Below, piece by piece: positions 38,234 to 46,579 of a DNA stretch of 64,000 nt. Position 1 is the first letter of the stretch, and the number at the start of each line of letters is the position of its first letter. A model generated the notes under the pieces. It was not told the origin of the DNA. It ran no database searches and worked only from the letters and a program-made list of their open reading frames with translations. Origin of the DNA: a virus; the IMG/VR virus record IMGVR_UViG_3300045988_118310, positions 1 to 64,000 of that record. The stretch is one strand, 5' to 3'. The translations under genes were made by a program, and so were the position numbers.

Positions 38234-38284
38234 ACCCAGCTTACAAAACACTACTGCACCATCACTGGCGAGCTGGGAATAATA
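38234..38284 (-). repeat. R1: conserved ~50-nt inverted-repeat spacer element (CCCAGCT...AGCTGGGAATAAT) upstream of tRNA-Gly
   Basis: shares acccagcttac...cactgc...gagctgggaataat with R2. Confidence 0.4.
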
Positions 38285-38328
38285 GTGGTCAAAGGAGTTC
38301 AACCATGAACAACAACGATTCATGACCG

Positions 38329-38410
38329 TGGTGCGGATAGTGGGCATCGAACCCACACGCCGAAGCACCAGATCCTAAATCTGGCGTGTCTGCCATTCCA
38401 CCATATCCGC
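38329..38410 (-). tRNA. tRNA-Leu (anticodon TAG), long variable arm, CCA encoded
   Basis: acceptor GCGGATA/TATCCGC, anticodon loop TTTAGGA, variable arm TGCTTCGGCGTG, T-arm GTGGG-TTCGATG-CCCAC. Confidence 0.75.
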
Positions 38411-38415
38411 ATAAA

Positions 38416-38486
38416 TTGCGCCAACAGGGGTCGAACCTGTGATGGAGGAGTCAAAGTCCTCTGCCTTACCGCTTGGCGATGGCGCA
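38416..38486 (-). tRNA. tRNA-Gln (anticodon TTG), no encoded CCA
   Basis: acceptor TGCGCCA/TGGCGCA (U1-A72 as in bacterial tRNA-Gln), anticodon stem GAGGA/TCCTC loop CTTTGAC, T-arm ACAGG-TTCGACC-CCTGT. Confidence 0.7.
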
Positions 38487-38495
38487 TCATATACC

Positions 38496-38549
38496 CAGCT
38501 TACTACGCCACACTGCTCCGTTTCCAGAGAGCTGGGAATAATGTGAATG
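38496..38549 (-). repeat. R2: second copy of the inverted-repeat spacer element, upstream of tRNA-Gln
   Basis: tacccagcttac...cactgctcc...gagctgggaataat. Confidence 0.4.
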
Positions 38550-38571
38550 AAAAATTCTACATGCCCTTTCG

Positions 38572-38647
38572 GGCTGGTCCGAGTGACAGGTCATGATCCT
38601 GCGGCCTCATGTTCCCAAAACACGCGCTCTTCCAACTGAGCTACACC
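38572..38647 (-). tRNA. tRNA-Pro (anticodon TGG), CCA encoded, atypical T-loop
   Basis: acceptor CCGGGTG/CACTCGG, D-arm GCTC-AGTTGGAA-GAGC, anticodon loop TTTGGGA, T-loop ATCATGA. Confidence 0.55.
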
Positions 38648-38654
38648 CGGATAT

Positions 38655-38741
38655 AAATGCCACCGAGGAGAGTTGAACTCCTAATCTCTTACGAGCGTTC
38701 CGGTTTAAGCGGAAAGTGTATGCCATTTCCACCACGGTGGC
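38655..38741 (-). tRNA. tRNA-Leu (anticodon TAA), long variable arm, no encoded CCA
   Basis: acceptor GCCACCG/CGGTGGC, anticodon stem TTCCG/CGGAA loop CTTAAAC, T-arm AGGAG-TTCAACT-CTCCT. Confidence 0.7.
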
Positions 38742-38821
38742 ACATCAACACTGTCTGTCCAGCAGTCAACCGTCTTTCCGATTTTGCCAATATTCTAGCA
38801 CTTGCCCATCTGCAAATGGGT

Positions 38822-38900
38822 TGGTAGCCCTACTCAGATTTGAACTGAGAATTTTACAAGGTTTGAGCTTGTTGCGTATGCCTAATTCCGCCATAGGGCC
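38822..38900 (-). tRNA. tRNA of uncertain identity (anticodon CAA, short variable arm, large D-loop), CCA encoded
   Basis: acceptor GGCCCTA/TAGGGCT, anticodon stem ACAAG/CTTGT loop CTCAAAC, T-arm CTCAG-TTCAAAT-CTGAG. Confidence 0.5.
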
Positions 38901-38967
38901 ATAATGCCGGTCTTTCCCGGCTGTCAGCTCACAATGAGCAATTTTCGGAGGAAGAAAAATGTCTTAG

Positions 38968-41178
38968 TTATTCGTGCCGATTCTCATAGAATTCATTCCG
39001 AAGCTGAATGATGTTCTTTTTGCAGAACGATTCGTGATCGGCATCATTCTGTTGTCTCATCCATCCGTAGAAGTTGTTGTCTTCTGCGGTGAACAATTTT
39101 GAGGTGTGTTCGTAGTATCCACGCTTTTGAACGCTCTGCATAACACTACGCAAGAATTTCCAGTGCTTATAGCAAGGAAGCTTCAGCTTAAACATGAAAT
39201 TGTTGTTATCTCTCAAAACAAAGCCTTCAACGTGTTTAAAGCCATGATGCAGATAGTTCTCGTTCATGACTTCCTCGTACCAAGGATAGAATTCACGCCA
39301 GTTCTCAAAGGTCTTAACCTTCTCCTTAATCTGCAGATGACACTTCTCGGCTACACGCTTCAAATCATCATAATCCATTACACTGAAATTCATATCATTT
39401 GCAATAATATCCAGCAAAACAACGTGCGGTTTCTTATATTCGATGATATGCGCATCATTCACAGGATCAATCACCTCGAAGATGATGGAGCCATTCTCTT
39501 TTGCAAATTCTTTCAGATTCTTACGGTCTTCATCAGAAGTCGTATCCATGAGAATCTTTCGAAACATATCTGCAAAAGGCCCTTCAGGAGTGGATTTACT
39601 TGCAATGAACAGACTATCCTGTTCTGCATCATACGAAATGATACCAAGAAATCCGTTCTCTTTTAGATATGCAGTCACCGGGAACTTCAAAGTGTTCTGT
39701 AGGTTTCCAATTCTCGTTTCATTCCGCTCATCAACCGCAAAGAACTTATCATAGCTTCGAGCTACAATCTTATTCGTCTTTGTGTTAATGAACAATCCCC
39801 TTGCTTTGGTAGAAACCTCATCCCAGTGCTTCTTATAAAATGCTTCACGAGAGAAGTTGAAAGAAGAAATATCTCCGAATCGCTTCTCAAACACATATTT
39901 GCTTTGACGCATCTTACTAACAAGTTCTGCGTTATCGAACTCAGTTTTCAGTTCAACGACAGTTTCAGTCTTTGGCTCCTCTTTTTGGAACACATCGTTC
40001 TTGGTTTCTACACACTTGATTGACTGACCGTGTTCAAGTTCCACGCAACGAAGATATCCACCAAACTCGATTTTTCCTTCGAGGTTGTAGCACTGATGCC
40101 CCATATCAATAGGAACATCCTGCACATTTCGATGTCCAAAGATTTGGAAACATCCGTCAGGCATCTTTTGTTCCCATGACTCTGCGACAGTGAGCATGTC
40201 AGAGTAGCGGCCAACACCCTTTACCATCTGGTCAGTAGACACGAACGGTAGAAATTCAGGCAAATAACTCAAACCACCATGGCTAACGAAGTATCTTTTA
40301 TCATCGTAATCAAAATAGGAGCACTGTCCTACTCTTGAATAGACCTTACGAGCCGTATTATGGTCAATCCCTGCTTTAAAAAGCTGCGGACGAGTGTAGT
40401 TTGTAAATTCCTCACTCTGAACCGGCTCGTCATGACCCCACTTGTTTAGCCACCGTTCATGATTTCCTTCAAGGAGAATTACATTCTTCCGATTATTGTC
40501 TACAACATCACAAAGGAACTTGAACATCTCTACATTTTCAATTCCACGATCCAGATAATCGCCAACAAAAATGTACAGCTCATCGTCCTTCAGGTCTCCA
40601 AGGTACTCTTTCAGGCAACTGTAGCATCCATGCACATCACCGATGATATGAATTTTGCTCCAATTATTAAAATCCTGCGGAACATAGTTCAATTTTTCAA
40701 GGACATTGACATCCGACGAAAGCACAGTCACTCCAGACGGAATTTTTTGTGTTGCGAATCGTGCATACATCTTATCAATGACAGCATCTGGAACTCTCTT
40801 CAGTGGGGCACGGAGCGAATTGCGCCGCTTGCACTCATCAATCGGCAAGCCCGTCATGTCAATGATGTACATTCTGTACCTGTACTGCTTGGCGAGGTTC
40901 TTGTAGCGATTGATTTCGACCGTTTTAGAATTCGTTGCATCGATCACGGTGAACTCACCATGAGACATCCGAACCTCCAACAGCTTAAAGAGCATATCCC
41001 AGACAACATCATCGTTCTGGGGAGAGATTTCCATTGTGCCAGCCGGGGTTTCCTGACCACCCTGGCACATAAGACGAATCGTATCTGCACTAAGCGTATA
41101 CTTTTCCAGATCATGCTCTTTAATATAGGGGGACTTCCCGCATCCGGGTGCTCCACGGAAAAGAAGCAAAGTTCTCAT
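38968..41178 (-). CDS. Pnkp-like polynucleotide kinase - metallophosphatase - ligase (RNA repair enzyme)
   Basis: P-loop GAPGCGKS + VIDATN (kinase); GDVHG, GDYLDRG, GNHE (calcineurin-like phosphatase); KENG, FEVID, EGFVL, FKLK (nucleotidyltransferase ligase motifs I, III, IV, V). Confidence 0.75.
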   Translation of the reverse strand: MRTLLLFRGAPGCGKSPYIKEHDLEKYTLSADTIRLMCQGGQETPAGTMEISPQNDDVVWDMLFKLLEVRMSHGEFTVIDATNSKTVEINRYKNLAKQYRYRMYIIDMTGLPIDECKRRNSLRAPLKRVPDAVIDKMYARFATQKIPSGVTVLSSDVNVLEKLNYVPQDFNNWSKIHIIGDVHGCYSCLKEYLGDLKDDELYIFVGDYLDRGIENVEMFKFLCDVVDNNRKNVILLEGNHERWLNKWGHDEPVQSEEFTNYTRPQLFKAGIDHNTARKVYSRVGQCSYFDYDDKRYFVSHGGLSYLPEFLPFVSTDQMVKGVGRYSDMLTVAESWEQKMPDGCFQIFGHRNVQDVPIDMGHQCYNLEGKIEFGGYLRCVELEHGQSIKCVETKNDVFQKEEPKTETVVELKTEFDNAELVSKMRQSKYVFEKRFGDISSFNFSREAFYKKHWDEVSTKARGLFINTKTNKIVARSYDKFFAVDERNETRIGNLQNTLKFPVTAYLKENGFLGIISYDAEQDSLFIASKSTPEGPFADMFRKILMDTTSDEDRKNLKEFAKENGSIIFEVIDPVNDAHIIEYKKPHVVLLDIIANDMNFSVMDYDDLKRVAEKCHLQIKEKVKTFENWREFYPWYEEVMNENYLHHGFKHVEGFVLRDNNNFMFKLKLPCYKHWKFLRSVMQSVQKRGYYEHTSKLFTAEDNNFYGWMRQQNDADHESFCKKNIIQLRNEFYENRHE

Positions 41179-41246
41179 CGTTTTTCTCCCTTTATTTAAC
41201 GTATTATCGTCATTTATTTGTTGTCAAATCACGATAAAATGTCTAT

Positions 41247-41630
41247 TTAATTCAACTCTTCCAGCTTCTTCATTAGCTGGTCAACGTCCATATCTTCAAG
41301 TTCCTTGTCCTTCTTCTTTGCAACGATCTTCATAATCTTATCACGTTGCGCCTTCTTCTCTGCGGCGTCCACACGTGCCTCGTACTCGGCCAGCCTGACA
41401 GAAACGATGTATTTGACTAGCTCAATCTTATTTTCCAGTTCTGTATTTTCGGCGCTCTTAACAGCCAGCAAAGAATCTTCATCTGCGGTTTTCTTTTGAC
41501 GGTTCAGAGTCTTAAAAATCGCATCCAGTGCCTCGACGCTCAGAGCCCACAGATCTTCAACAGTCATAACACCCTTATAGTTGAAGCGATAGCGATTACG
41601 GGTTGCAATTTCAAACAGATTCTTTTCCAT
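41247..41630 (-). CDS. hypothetical coiled-coil protein
   Basis: 127 aa, Lys/Glu-rich C-terminal half. Confidence 0.4.
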   Translation of the reverse strand: MEKNLFEIATRNRYRFNYKGVMTVEDLWALSVEALDAIFKTLNRQKKTADEDSLLAVKSAENTELENKIELVKYIVSVRLAEYEARVDAAEKKAQRDKIMKIVAKKKDKELEDMDVDQLMKKLEELN

Positions 41631-41644
41631 AATTATTTCTCCTT

Positions 41645-43711
41645 TCAGATAACCACTTTCAAAATTCGCTCAGTAGCTCCCTGCACCTTAACAATAAAGG
41701 AATCCTGCTTCGTTTCAGAGAATCCAACGCCGGACAGCTGATCATTTACCGACTGAACTGCCATCTGAGAACCCAGCGCCTCAAATACTCGCTTATGCTG
41801 TAGCAATTCCGCCTTCAGGAATTCGTTGTAAAATCCGTTCGGCTTTTCGGGGTTGACGCAATCCTTGAGCATGAAGAAGTAGTGACGATTGCCATTGCCG
41901 GTCTGTTCGTCCCAGTAGTTCGGAGAGTACATCGCCACAGACACAGGTACGAACTGGTTGGAACTCACACCCCAAATTTCACGGGTGCTGGTAGAACTGG
42001 GAAGCAGTTCCTTGATAGAGAATTTGCCATCCTTCAGAGTGACCTTTGCCACAGCTACATTCTGACCACCATGCAGCGGCTTATCGTAGTTAAACGAGTA
42101 GATGTTGCCATCGAATTCGATTTCAGCACGGAAACCGGTTTTGCCGCCGCGACTAGCGAAGCAGTTTACATAGAAGCTGTACTCGCCTTCCTTCATCTTT
42201 TTGATGTCAGGCCAGGTGATATTCTCGACCGCGGCCTTATAGCGAATGGGACGCATAATATCTACGTCCAGGCGGCCATCAGTACGAGGGTGCCACTTGC
42301 TGCCGAAATAGATGTGATTCTTATCGGGTTCAATGCAATGAGCATCCTCATCATTTTCATCCCACTCGCCCGGCTTATCGTTCCACTGAATAGAGAAACG
42401 CAGCACGCCATCGACTTTGCCGCCAGCATTCTTGACGTTCTCCCGAATCTGGCTGTCAGTCATGTTGCCGGTATATGCCCAACTGAAACCATTAGGCCAC
42501 TTGAACATAGACGGCGCAGCCTTATCCTGCAGAGCAATCAGAGACATCATATTCTTCTCGAAACGATTCTCCATAAACAGCTCTAGGCCCGTTGCAGTCG
42601 GCAGCACGTCTCTGATGAACTTGTCGATGCCGATTTCCTCCGCGCGACCGAACTTCTTAGGATCGGTGCCCATAGATTTTGCCATTGCCTCGAACGGGTT
42701 CATTGCCCCCATTACACGAGGAGCGGCATCGCGGTTGCAGAACAGAATATTGTTGGCAGTAATATCATCCAGAGTGGCAAATCGGCGACCCAGACTGTTC
42801 ATGTAACCCAACTCAGTAACGGTTTTCTGTGCATCTTCCAGCATCTTCTTAGTGAAAATAGCTTTGGGACGCTTGTAATTGGCAGGAGCGACAACCTTCT
42901 CAAAGGCGGTAACGGCGGAATCCACATCCATGCCTTCGCTCAAATTGATAAGAAGGGTGCCGATAGCGGTGTTACGAATACGAAGCCGGTTCATCGACGC
43001 ACCGCCGGGAGCCATCCAAACATAAGCGGACTTCTTTTCATCAGGCAGACGATCATACACTCGCTTATCGATTTTGAAGCCACGAACCAGAGATTCAAAC
43101 TCCTTGCCGCGATACAGGCTGTTCTGCGCAATCAGCTCAAGTACGGTGTCCACGGCATCCATGGTCAGCTCCTCCAGAGAACGCTTGAACACATTAGCAG
43201 AATCACGCCACTCGGCCATCTTGGTAGTCACATCGCAGGAATTGACAATGAACCGCTGAGGAATCTCGACAGCGAAATGATCCCAGGTGTGAACCGCCTT
43301 ATGATCAGCATCGTACTCATAGTTTACCTCCGTGCCGAACTTGCCATCGGAGATCATATTGCGGCTAACATAATACGGATTCACAACAGCACAGGTTTTC
43401 ACATAAGTAGCCAGCGCATCCACAACCGGCTGATAAACGTCGGACTTGGTATCGAAATCCCAGACGGTAACCATCTGACCATCCATAAAGGAAACCAGCT
43501 TACCAATGTTCTTTACGAAACGACGGCAGTAGGAGCAATCATACTTACGCCGCTTACGGAAGATGGAGTTCGTGCCAGCCGGGAAGCTGTCCAGATAGAG
43601 GTCATATAGCTTATCCTCATCTGCATTGGTGATAAACAGAGGTGCGCCATCCTTCACCATCTCATTGAAGTGATCCTGCAGTAGTGCACGAAATTTCTTG
43701 AAATCAGACAT
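41645..43711 (-). CDS. large hypothetical protein (688 aa)
   Basis: no confident family; CSYCRRF pair and an isolated GGKVDGVLRF (KxDG-like) segment; preceded by the ACAGGATAC motif. Confidence 0.5.
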   Translation of the reverse strand: MSDFKKFRALLQDHFNEMVKDGAPLFITNADEDKLYDLYLDSFPAGTNSIFRKRRKYDCSYCRRFVKNIGKLVSFMDGQMVTVWDFDTKSDVYQPVVDALATYVKTCAVVNPYYVSRNMISDGKFGTEVNYEYDADHKAVHTWDHFAVEIPQRFIVNSCDVTTKMAEWRDSANVFKRSLEELTMDAVDTVLELIAQNSLYRGKEFESLVRGFKIDKRVYDRLPDEKKSAYVWMAPGGASMNRLRIRNTAIGTLLINLSEGMDVDSAVTAFEKVVAPANYKRPKAIFTKKMLEDAQKTVTELGYMNSLGRRFATLDDITANNILFCNRDAAPRVMGAMNPFEAMAKSMGTDPKKFGRAEEIGIDKFIRDVLPTATGLELFMENRFEKNMMSLIALQDKAAPSMFKWPNGFSWAYTGNMTDSQIRENVKNAGGKVDGVLRFSIQWNDKPGEWDENDEDAHCIEPDKNHIYFGSKWHPRTDGRLDVDIMRPIRYKAAVENITWPDIKKMKEGEYSFYVNCFASRGGKTGFRAEIEFDGNIYSFNYDKPLHGGQNVAVAKVTLKDGKFSIKELLPSSTSTREIWGVSSNQFVPVSVAMYSPNYWDEQTGNGNRHYFFMLKDCVNPEKPNGFYNEFLKAELLQHKRVFEALGSQMAVQSVNDQLSGVGFSETKQDSFIVKVQGATERILKVVI

Positions 43712-43741
43712 TGTTATTCTCCATTCAAATACTATTTTTAA

Positions 43742-43762
43742 GTATCCTGTATTATATATCTA
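43742..43762 (-). promoter_or_regulatory. ACAGGATAC motif upstream of the 688-aa gene
   Basis: gtatcctgtattatatatcta. Confidence 0.4.
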
Positions 43763-43797
43763 ACGTATTAAAATCAAGGAGCCGAAGCCCCCTGTTT

Positions 43798-44724
43798 TTA
43801 ATTTTTATGGAAATATTCGACCCAACCTTTGTATCCTTGTCTGAAGCTAATGTAGGCAACCTTGCTACACTTTCTTCCGATAATGTCTGCAAGAGGGTCT
43901 TTACCATTTCCGAAACTAAGTTCTGCAAGATTAAATTCTGGATTATTCTTACAGTAGTCGTAGACCTTCACGTATTCGCCGTTTCTGGTTAGATGCCTTC
44001 GATCTAAAGCCTTTGAGTGATATCTTTTTTCGAGGATGTTATTCAACCGCATAAAATAGGTATGAATTGTATGCACAGACATCTTTGGGTCACTGTCTGC
44101 ACCGATACTATCCTCGGTTTTACGAATGATGTAATCACCATTCATGACATAGAATGCCCTATACCCTCCCTTATTGGGAGCGTCATACTGTTTCATTTCA
44201 TAACACTGCTTAATAATATCCATCAACTTTGCATCAACACCTGTCTTATCAAGAACAGTACAAGATTCAAAATCGACATCGTTAATCGTCAGGTTAGAAA
44301 CTTCTTCAGAAGTAAGGCCAATCCAGTACAGTGCAGCAATCACGTTCATACGAATCTGATATGGCTCTTCATACTTATTTAAGAAGTCAACAAACTCATC
44401 AACTGATGCAAAGTATTTATCCGCATACATATTGTCTGCGCTTACATCGCTCTCTGAAAAGTCAGCCAGATCATACATGCTTGTTTTGTTTTCGCTTTTG
44501 ATGTAGCCTGTGATTATTGACTTCACATTTTTAAACGAACGACTCGAGTTCACCCAATTATATTTGGCAAACATCTTTACGAAATCATCTTTTGTGAAGT
44601 CAAACAACTCATACCCACGCTCAGCCTCGTAACCCAGAACATGGTTAAGCGTCGATACAACAAACTCACCGCTTCTATCAGAATACTTTTCAGCAAAAGC
44701 TTTGATCTTTTCTTCAGTAAGCAT
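43798..44724 (-). CDS. divergent tyrosine-recombinase-like protein
   Basis: box-I-like RMNVIAALYWIGLTSEEVSNLTINDVDF; C-terminal region with His/Arg/Tyr but non-canonical spacing. Confidence 0.35.
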   Translation of the reverse strand: MLTEEKIKAFAEKYSDRSGEFVVSTLNHVLGYEAERGYELFDFTKDDFVKMFAKYNWVNSSRSFKNVKSIITGYIKSENKTSMYDLADFSESDVSADNMYADKYFASVDEFVDFLNKYEEPYQIRMNVIAALYWIGLTSEEVSNLTINDVDFESCTVLDKTGVDAKLMDIIKQCYEMKQYDAPNKGGYRAFYVMNGDYIIRKTEDSIGADSDPKMSVHTIHTYFMRLNNILEKRYHSKALDRRHLTRNGEYVKVYDYCKNNPEFNLAELSFGNGKDPLADIIGRKCSKVAYISFRQGYKGWVEYFHKN

Positions 44725-44777
44725 AGTGGCACACTCCTTCTTATTATATGTAGTGTACCATTAACCATTATAAAAAA

Positions 44778-45197
44778 TCAAGCAAATGCGGCAAAATTTT
44801 GAAATTCCATGGTATGTTGTACGCCGCTCAGGAATGCTGCGAGTAAAAACGGTTCATCCTTGCATCTTGCCATTGCGATCATATTCATATGACGCTCAGA
44901 CAAGACACCAAGCTTTTTGATGAACTGTCCTTTGTTAAGTGTATCAGTCTCTTCACAAAGAACAATACTATCAACCTCTAGGAAATCGCAGTCTTCTTTC
45001 GAGAGTAGAACATGAACCGGAGAACGCTTGTATATTCTGGAAGACAACGGATTCCCTTTGATTGTGGGACTGAAGAAGTTGCGCTTGTTGTTGCTTGTCA
45101 CAACGAACGGTCGAATACCGCGCTGCTGATGACCTGTTGCATTGGACAAATCGACCAACCAAACCTCTCCGACCTTTGGGTCAATATTGTTGTCCAT
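44778..45197 (-). CDS. MazF/PemK-family endoribonuclease-like protein with ~30-aa C-terminal extension
   Basis: GEVWLVDLSNATGHQQRGIRPFVVTSNN and downstream conserved core. Confidence 0.6.
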   Translation of the reverse strand: MDNNIDPKVGEVWLVDLSNATGHQQRGIRPFVVTSNNKRNFFSPTIKGNPLSSRIYKRSPVHVLLSKEDCDFLEVDSIVLCEETDTLNKGQFIKKLGVLSERHMNMIAMARCKDEPFLLAAFLSGVQHTMEFQNFAAFA

Positions 45198-45233
45198 AGT
45201 TTTTCTCCTCTATAATAGTGTAGCTCCGTTCCA

Positions 45234-45254
45234 TAGCTATATTATACAGGATAC
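45234..45254 (+). promoter_or_regulatory. ACAGGATAC motif (plus orientation) upstream of the MazF-like gene
   Basis: tagctatattatacaggatac. Confidence 0.35.
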
Positions 45255-45288
45255 CATTTCAGAAGTCAAGAGGTTTTTGAAAATATTT

Positions 45289-45633
45289 TTAGTGCCCGTA
45301 CAACTCGGGATTCTCTGATACGAACACGCTTGTGTTATCGAATATCATCTCATACGCTTTCTCTTTATCGCCCGGTCTAAGCTCAATCCTCCTTGCTTCG
45401 TGGCATTCTTGCCGCAGCTCAATATGACTTTCGTTTCCGAAGAAGCCAATGCCTTTAACGATCCCATGTGTCTCTGTTCCAACATCGTTCATTTTGTTAC
45501 AGACCATGTGAACATCTACACCATTGCAAACAAAACAAACCCACACTCTCTTTTTTCTTATGTACTTTAAAAAGTCATCAACTCGTATGACCTTCAGAAC
45601 CTTTCTCTCACGCATTAAAACACCGCCCTCCAC
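45289..45633 (-). CDS. hypothetical protein
   Basis: 114-aa ORF. Confidence 0.3.
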   Translation of the reverse strand: MEGGVLMRERKVLKVIRVDDFLKYIRKKRVWVCFVCNGVDVHMVCNKMNDVGTETHGIVKGIGFFGNESHIELRQECHEARRIELRPGDKEKAYEMIFDNTSVFVSENPELYGH

Positions 45634-45665
45634 TCATTTAGACAACTTTCAAGATATATTATACA

Positions 45666-45718
45666 CATCTTTTTGTTTTAGTCAATATATTATACATCTT
45701 TTTGTTGTTGTAAAAGTT
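45666..45718. repeat. direct repeat atatattataca(c)atctttttgtt x2
   Basis: two near-identical ~23-nt units resembling the 5' half of the ACAGGATAC-family motif, in the upstream region of gene 45289..45633. Confidence 0.4.
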
Positions 45719-45739
45719 TAAAATTTTAGATGATGCCAT

Positions 45740-46366
45740 TCACTCGGCATCATCCACAACCAGTTCCGCGTTGTAATAGAACCTATGTGCGCCAAATTGT
45801 CCAGCGAACGTTGCTCCGCGCTCGTGCCAACTGCCGGAAGCTGCCGCCGGGGTCACAAACCATTGAATTGGTTTGTCTGAAATTTTAGCGCCGTAATCAA
45901 ACACCATAGACACAGCCAATTCGTTCTCTGCCGTCACCTTCCTATTATATAAGGAACTATAACCATACTTCTTAAAGACCTGCTGGATGGTTAGACCATC
46001 AAGTACGGCAGAATCATAAAGACATTGAGCCACCGCCATCTGACCTTCTAGGCTATCAGCACCTGCTTCACAAGCAACGATCTGCTCCGCAAGAGCACGC
46101 TCATCATTAGTGAGTTCGCGCTTTCCCTGACTGAAGTTTACCACACGCGTTTCGATAACAGTTTTTACGATGACTTCTGGTTCCTTTTCCTCTTGCTGCA
46201 CAACACTTACTGCCGGAGGACTACTATTATAAAGGTACGAATTGCTCTGATTTTGAATTACCGGGCTGATCTTCGATACCAGATTCCCTGCCAGCAAGCA
46301 CATTATACACACAATGGCAACACTTTGCTCACAATTTATTAACAAATTAGAGTTAATGAAAATCAC
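45740..46366 (-). CDS. SleB/CwlJ-like cell-wall hydrolase with N-terminal membrane anchor
   Basis: ERALAEQIVACEAG...GQMAVAQCLYDSA pattern of the Hydrolase_2 family. Confidence 0.5.
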   Translation of the reverse strand: MIFINSNLLINCEQSVAIVCIMCLLAGNLVSKISPVIQNQSNSYLYNSSPPAVSVVQQEEKEPEVIVKTVIETRVVNFSQGKRELTNDERALAEQIVACEAGADSLEGQMAVAQCLYDSAVLDGLTIQQVFKKYGYSSLYNRKVTAENELAVSMVFDYGAKISDKPIQWFVTPAAASGSWHERGATFAGQFGAHRFYYNAELVVDDAE

Positions 46367-46387
46367 TTCCCTTCAAAAATATTGGTT

Positions 46388-46579
46388 TTATAAGCTGCGC
46401 AAAAATTCATACAGCTCAATTTCACCTTGCAGCCAAACGACATCTCCGCCAGCCTTCAAATACACCGAATAGATCTTATCAGGATGCTCGAAGATAGATT
46501 CTACCTTCTTAGCTGCGTTCCGATCAATAAGTACACTACTCATAGTCTTATTCTCCTTCTTCAAAACGCATATCCACAC
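46388..46579 (-). CDS. hypothetical protein
   Basis: packed ORF. Confidence 0.3.
   Translation of the reverse strand: MWICVLKKENKTMSSVLIDRNAAKKVESIFEHPDKIYSVYLKAGGDVVWLQGEIELYEFLRSL

Noticed and set aside
38290-38318. Tiny plus-strand ORF MNNNDS with AAAGGAG RBS between tRNAs
   Set aside because: 6 codons, antisense to the tRNA transcript; the RBS-like purine run is part of the conserved R1 spacer element.
41179-41246. Sigma70-like promoter TTGACA-15-TAATAC upstream of the Pnkp-like gene (minus strand)
   Set aside because: Spacer slightly short and the gene is probably co-transcribed with the upstream genes; too weak to call.
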